DNA of 64,000 bases from a bacterium (GTDB taxonomy: Bacteria > Patescibacteriota > Minisyncoccia > UBA6257 > HR35). Shown piece after piece: positions 59,545 to 64,000 of the stretch. The stretch covers positions 6,489 through 70,488 of the forward strand of contig JBEQAR010000003.1 of the NCBI GenBank assembly GCA_041640295.1, in the 5' to 3' direction. Every line of letters begins with the position of its first letter. The first letter of the stretch is position 1. The notes under the pieces were generated by a model. The model was not told where the DNA came from. It saw nothing but the letters and a program-made list of their open reading frames with translations, and did no database searches. A program made the position numbers and the translations under genes.

Positions 59545-60347
59545 TTGAATTATTATTTCAACCTGTAATCAAAAATTCTTTAATAGCTCTATCAGTTATT
59601 TCTTTTATTTTTCCGTTATTAGGTATTTTTGTTATTATGAGAAAAATTTCTTTTTTAAGCGAGGGGATTGCTCATTCTTCTTTATTGGCTCTAATTTTTG
59701 CTTATTTTTTTTCCTTTAATTATTTACTTTTAGGTATAGTTTGGGCTATTATTTTTACTATTTTAATTTTTTATTTAGAGAAAAAAACCAATCTACCAGT
59801 TGATGCATTAATTATTATTCTTTTTATCATTAGTTTATCTTTAGGAGTAATATTATTTAGTTTATCATCATTTCGATCTGATTTAATTTCTATTCTTTTT
59901 GGTAATATTTTAACAATTAATTTTAGTGATTTAATAATCATAATTATTTTCAGTTTTATTATCTTTCTTTTTTATCTTAAAAATTTTAAAGATCTACTTA
60001 TGATTTCTTTAAATAAAGAATTAGCCTATGCTGAAGGTATTAAAGTAGATAAAAAATTACTTCTATTTTATATATTTTTAGGGATAACGGTTATTCTGGG
60101 AATAAAAATTTTAGGAATAATTATGGTCAATGCTTTATTAATTTTACCTCCCTCAATTGCTATGCTTATTTCTAAATCATTTAAAGATTTAATCGTTAGA
60201 GGAATTATCTTGGCAGAAATAATTTCTCTGGCTGGATTCTTTTTAGCTTATTTTTTAAATTTTCCCATTGGACCAACTATTGCTCTGTTGGGGGGTTGTA
60301 TATTTTTACTTACTTTACTAATAAAACGAACTTATGTTAAAATTTAA
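59541..60347 (+). CDS. Metal ABC transporter permease (ZnuB-like)
   Basis: FLSEGIAH, ILFGNIL, ELAYAEGI, GPTI. Confidence 0.88.
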   Translation: MIELLFQPVIKNSLIALSVISFIFPLLGIFVIMRKISFLSEGIAHSSLLALIFAYFFSFNYLLLGIVWAIIFTILIFYLEKKTNLPVDALIIILFIISLSLGVILFSLSSFRSDLISILFGNILTINFSDLIIIIIFSFIIFLFYLKNFKDLLMISLNKELAYAEGIKVDKKLLLFYIFLGITVILGIKILGIIMVNALLILPPSIAMLISKSFKDLIVRGIILAEIISLAGFFLAYFLNFPIGPTIALLGGCIFLLTLLIKRTYVKI

Positions 60348-60350
60348 TTA

Positions 60351-60617
60351 ATGGAAAAATATAGAAACATTAACTCAACTTTGCTTTGGATTTGCGGTTT
60401 AAGTATTGTGGCTTATTTTATTTTTCTTCCAATAAACAACACTAGACCGACTCCGGCAAAAATTTCTCCTATTGAAGAAAATAGGTTATTAAAATTAGAA
60501 GCTAACCCATTGCTTTTGTTTAGAGACGAAAAAGAGGTTGAAGAATTAATAACTACTACTTCAACAACAACAACCGAAGAATTCCCTAAAGCCCTAACGC
60601 CAATAATTAACGAATAA
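60351..60617 (+). CDS. Small membrane-anchored hypothetical protein
   Basis: One TM helix, TTTSTTTT tract. Confidence 0.5.
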   Translation: MEKYRNINSTLLWICGLSIVAYFIFLPINNTRPTPAKISPIEENRLLKLEANPLLLFRDEKEVEELITTTSTTTTEEFPKALTPIINE

Positions 60618-61565
60618 TTTTTTAGCTAAATCAAAGGGGTTGCTACCAACAACTGAAAAGGCGTAAATTTCTAATGAACCAATATCAGAGTTAATTTTAT
60701 TTGATTCTCCACGATTAACCAAAAAGCCTAATAAAATTTCTTTTGTCTCTATTAAAAATAAATTAAAGTTTTCTATACCTAAAGTTAAATAAGAATAAAC
60801 TAAACAAGCTAATTGATGAATATTGTCTTCAAAATTTTCGCTAAAAAATAATACTTCATCATCTTTAAACGGCGTTAAGCTAACGATAATATTAAAATCA
60901 TCAAATTTTTGAGCTAAATCTAATTCAGTAGACAGAAAAAATAAATCATCTAAATAATTACTGTGGTATTCAGTTTGATAATCGGCGAATCTCTTAAAAA
61001 GATAATCTATTTTCAGTGGAAGAGTATCTAAAGCAAAAATTTGTAAGTGAGGATGAAAAATGCTTGCCCCTGATCGATAACCATAATTCCAAATAATTAT
61101 TCTATTTTCTTCTTGAAAATGTAAAAACCATTGATAAGCCAAAAGAAAAGAATTTTTAATATCTATTTGGTTAATTTGATGATTTTTAAAAATAACTAAA
61201 GAGTGATTTTTAGCGGATTTAGCTAAATTGCTAGCAGTGATTGCTGATTCATTTTCTAACCTACCGAACTCATCATAAGGAGTATAATTGATTGGATTAC
61301 AAAAAGGATCGTATTCATTTTCTAACAATTTTGATTCTTTTTGTGGTTCCTTTCTTTTTGCACGCCAGATATTAAAATGTGTTTCTTGATTTAAAATTTT
61401 ATTTCTAATAATAACTATCTCTTGGTTTTCTGCTTGTTGATATTTTTCTCTTAATTGTTCTGGTAAATATATTTTGGTTTTTTCTTTTTTTACTTCAAAT
61501 AATCTTTCAAATATTTTTTTTGCCGATAGACTAAGTCCTGGTATTTTTTGAAATAATTCTTCCAT
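60594..61565 (-). CDS. GalT-like (HIT superfamily) nucleotidyltransferase
   Basis: DPFC, WNYGYRSGASIFHPHLQ (HxHxQ). Confidence 0.75.
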   Translation of the reverse strand: MEELFQKIPGLSLSAKKIFERLFEVKKEKTKIYLPEQLREKYQQAENQEIVIIRNKILNQETHFNIWRAKRKEPQKESKLLENEYDPFCNPINYTPYDEFGRLENESAITASNLAKSAKNHSLVIFKNHQINQIDIKNSFLLAYQWFLHFQEENRIIIWNYGYRSGASIFHPHLQIFALDTLPLKIDYLFKRFADYQTEYHSNYLDDLFFLSTELDLAQKFDDFNIIVSLTPFKDDEVLFFSENFEDNIHQLACLVYSYLTLGIENFNLFLIETKEILLGFLVNRGESNKINSDIGSLEIYAFSVVGSNPFDLAKKLFVNYWR

Positions 61566-61730
61566 TCTAGCAGAATCTACTTTATTTTAATTTATAAAAG
61601 ATTGATATTGGTAAATTAGTTATTTTAAGTGTTAATTTTATTATATTATATCAACCTTCCCTTCAAAATTAATAATTAAATCAAATTGTTCAGCGTAATA
61701 GTTCTAAATTACTTTGCATTAGTTTGCAGT

Positions 61731-62981
61731 TTATTTCGTAGCTTCATATAAAGCCTTAATTTCATCTTCTGATAATGCTCGATTATAGATGCGAACTTCA
61801 TCAAAGGTTGTTCCTTTTGCTGCATCTACGCACGTGGGGTCATATATTCCTATATTGATTTTTCTTGCATCTCCATATGAAGCTGACAAATTATTAGCTG
61901 ATCCTCTAACAATTGTATCTATGTACATTCTGTGAGAATTTTTTGATTTTTCAAAAACATAAGCATACATATGCCAAATATTATTAGATGGCGCTGAAAA
62001 AGAAAAGCCGGTGTCTTGTTTATTGCTGTTAGCTACATAAATATAAGAATGGTTTTTAACCCAAAAACCATTACAACACCCCGTAATTCCATATTGAGTG
62101 CTTAGATGAAATAAGGTATTAGCGCCAGAATTATAATTATCCCAAAGAATTATAGTAAAATCATTCTGTGGTAGCTTATATAAAATACTAGTGGAAGGGA
62201 TATCTTGGTAAATACCAAATTGATCGTTTCTACAACCAGTACTTGCACTAGAATTATATTTTAATCCATAACCACTTTTACCAGATGTCCATATTACCAT
62301 TGATGAAGATGGTAGTATTGTTAGATCTATACCATAACCCGATAAATCTTTAGTCGTAGTTCCACTTCCTTCATCAAATGGCCAATAACCTACAAGACCT
62401 GATTGGAAGGTTGAAAGCTTTTTATTAGTTCCTGCTTCATAAAGAAGAGGTTCGATACCTTCATCTTGAATAGCTGGTAAATAGTTACTTTCTGGTTTTG
62501 CTGATAATTTATAACTCCCCCCAACAACAAAACTATAATAATAAGGAGGTTTATTAATAGGATCAATAGGTAATCTATCTAAATTAACAACAGAAAAAGA
62601 ATTAAAAGGAATAGGAATCCAACCATTACCAGTAATATCTGTAGGAGTTGCTGAACATCTGTAAGACCAATCTGAAGGTAAAGAAGGTAATTGAGATAAC
62701 CACGAAGAACAAGTTGAAGATGAATCTGGAAGAGAAATATAAACAACATTAGAAGAAGCATAATTTAGTTCATTAAAAGTACCTCTATTAGATTCAGCAA
62801 TAATATTAATCGCATATTCTATACCTTCAATATCTTGAATTCTTTGTTTATCTCTTATACCTTGAAAAATATTAACAGGTTTAATAAAAAAAATAGCGGT
62901 AGCGATTAAAAAAATTATTAAACCAAAAACAACTAAAAATTCAACAATAGTAAAAGAAAAAGAATGTTTTTTAATTATCAT
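61731..62981 (-). CDS. Prepilin-like N-terminus fused to LamG/concanavalin-like domain
   Basis: S|FTIVEFLVV, LPIDP, GLVGYWPFDEGSG, FDEVRIYNRALS. Confidence 0.85.
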   Translation of the reverse strand: MIIKKHSFSFTIVEFLVVFGLIIFLIATAIFFIKPVNIFQGIRDKQRIQDIEGIEYAINIIAESNRGTFNELNYASSNVVYISLPDSSSTCSSWLSQLPSLPSDWSYRCSATPTDITGNGWIPIPFNSFSVVNLDRLPIDPINKPPYYYSFVVGGSYKLSAKPESNYLPAIQDEGIEPLLYEAGTNKKLSTFQSGLVGYWPFDEGSGTTTKDLSGYGIDLTILPSSSMVIWTSGKSGYGLKYNSSASTGCRNDQFGIYQDIPSTSILYKLPQNDFTIILWDNYNSGANTLFHLSTQYGITGCCNGFWVKNHSYIYVANSNKQDTGFSFSAPSNNIWHMYAYVFEKSKNSHRMYIDTIVRGSANNLSASYGDARKINIGIYDPTCVDAAKGTTFDEVRIYNRALSEDEIKALYEATK

Positions 62982-63078
62982 TATTTAATAACTTTAGTTA
63001 TATTATAAAATTAAATTATTAGTTTTAAATACTGAATATAATAAAATTTTAAGTTAATCGAGTTTATAATTTAATTAA

Positions 63079-63162
63079 GGTGGGGTGGCAGAATGGAATT
63101 GCGCCGGCCTCGAAAGCCGGTGGGCTTAAACGCCCGTGAGGGTTCGAATCCCTCCCCCACCG
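63079..63162 (+). tRNA. tRNA-Ser (CGA)
   Basis: GGTGGGG/CCCCACC acceptor, CCGGC-CTCGAAA-GCCGG, long variable arm GGGC/GCCC. Confidence 0.96.
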
Positions 63163-63186
63163 CTTTTTAATTTTTAATAGAAAACT

Positions 63187-63267
63187 TTAGGTTTTTATAA
63201 TTTTAATTTCAAGAAACTTATCTTTGTAATAACTTGTAAACCCCGTTACTCCAATGTATGGTTTCAT
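63187..63267 (-). pseudogene. Truncated gene remnant or small ORF with a strong Shine-Dalgarno
   Basis: AGGAGGT upstream; MKPYIGVTGFTSYYKDKFLEIKIIKT*. Confidence 0.4.
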
Positions 63268-63326
63268 TTTGTCATAACCTCCTTCTGTAGATTTTAGTGT
63301 TCGGCTAAAATATTATAACCTGTCTA

Positions 63327-63911
63327 TTAAATTTTTTCTCTTTCCATAAAAAATTTAGTAAATTGTTCCCAATGAGAATTTTTATCTACTTTTTTGCGAA
63401 AATTTTGAAATTCCTTTTTTGTCATCTGCGCAAGAGTTTTTCTTTCACCTTCAGGAATAAAAATAAGAGATAATTTAGACCAATGATAAGGTTTTAATTT
63501 ACCTAAAGGTTTATCTATTATTCCTCCTTTAATAATTCTTTTAAATAATTTTGGTTTCTTTCTTAAATTGTCAAGATAACAGAGAACCTCCTTAAATTCA
63601 CAAGCTTTATCTTTATTTTTAACAAGAGTTATAATACCCTCGATGCCGATTGTTGTCAAGACAAAATTAGTAAACATCATTGGAAAGCCTTTAAGAGAAT
63701 AAATAAAAAAACCGGCATCCATTGTTATTAAAGGTTTTCTTAAAATTTTGAAAGCATATTTAGCTTTATGAATAGCAATTTCTTCTAGTGTTCCTCTTGG
63801 TTCAGGTAATTCTAATTTTTCCCAAATTACTTTAATCCCATATTTCTTTAAAAAGTTTTTAGCTGAATTATATTTACCTCTATTTGTAGTAACAAAAATT
63901 ATTTCTTTCAT
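63327..63911 (-). CDS. Non-canonical purine NTP pyrophosphatase (Ham1/RdgB family)
   Basis: FVTTNRGK, DAGFFIYSLKGFP, IFIP, KTLAQM, SHW in place of SHR. Confidence 0.88.
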   Translation of the reverse strand: MKEIIFVTTNRGKYNSAKNFLKKYGIKVIWEKLELPEPRGTLEEIAIHKAKYAFKILRKPLITMDAGFFIYSLKGFPMMFTNFVLTTIGIEGIITLVKNKDKACEFKEVLCYLDNLRKKPKLFKRIIKGGIIDKPLGKLKPYHWSKLSLIFIPEGERKTLAQMTKKEFQNFRKKVDKNSHWEQFTKFFMEREKI

Positions 63912-63917
63912 ACCTTA

Positions 63918-64000
63918 TTATCTTGATAATAAATTTTTTTTCAAAGTATGAGTAATAAAACTGGTTTTAAGTTTTTCTCCAAAATTGTTATTTTTAATTT
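63918..64000 (-). CDS. 3' end of an upstream gene entering from outside the window
   Basis: Open frame IKNNNFGEKLKTSFITHTLKKNLLSR** ends a few bases before the Ham1 start. Confidence 0.3.
   Translation of the reverse strand, partial: IKNNNFGEKLKTSFITHTLKKNLLSR

Noticed and set aside
2943-62761. Short ORF-track entries overlapping larger genes (e.g. 2943-3194, 4434-4661, 5764-6066, 7778-7978, 9672-9896, 21650-22090, 28184-28421, 33545-33817, 39388-39576, 62579-62761)
   Set aside because: Antisense or alternate-frame shadows of well-supported genes, with no recognisable motifs.
61731-62981. LamG gene as a diversity-generating retroelement target
   Set aside because: No reverse transcriptase and no template/variable repeat pair differing at adenines was seen in the window.
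1-64000. CRISPR array, rRNA, IS transposase or self-splicing intron
   Set aside because: No regularly spaced repeats, no long GC-rich structured RNA and no transposase or maturase motifs were recognised.

Overview
A 64-kb window of a very AT-rich (roughly 25-30% GC by eye), gene-dense bacterial chromosome read with genetic code 11. It is most consistent with a Patescibacteria/CPR (Parcubacteria-like) organism: short IF2 without its N-terminal domain, archaeal-type UMP kinase, an rpsO-NYN-pnp block, an array of VirB2/TrbC-like pilins beside comM, and almost no Shine-Dalgarno sites. Core genes are tyrS, pyrH, queA-tgt, pyrG, rnj, rpsL-rpsG-fusA, pnp, rpsO, a Xer recombinase, rplJ-rplL, infB-rbfA, a Mur ligase, tsaD, iscS, comM and pgk, plus seven tRNAs. 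An accessory, partly decayed region follows tRNA-Asn (about 6.0-15.4 kb). The most striking signal is a 331-bp unit bounded by 12-bp direct repeats. It holds a hairpin-invaded copy of the tRNA-Asn 5' half and a mini GIY-YIG nuclease whose stop codon lies inside the intact tRNA-Asn. GC-rich palindromic elements are also inserted in frame in an M23 peptidase gene and in pyrG, and together these suggest a nuclease-associated system of mobile mini-hairpins. Other notable items: a recurrent (G/A)GTCG motif 21-27 nt before start codons, a HIT + MccF-like pair, a double-dockerin surface protein, tRNA-punctuated operons, a probably inactive Clp ATPase, and hidden pseudogenes (hicBA, peroxiredoxin). 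All family assignments are from motif recognition by eye; no searches were run.
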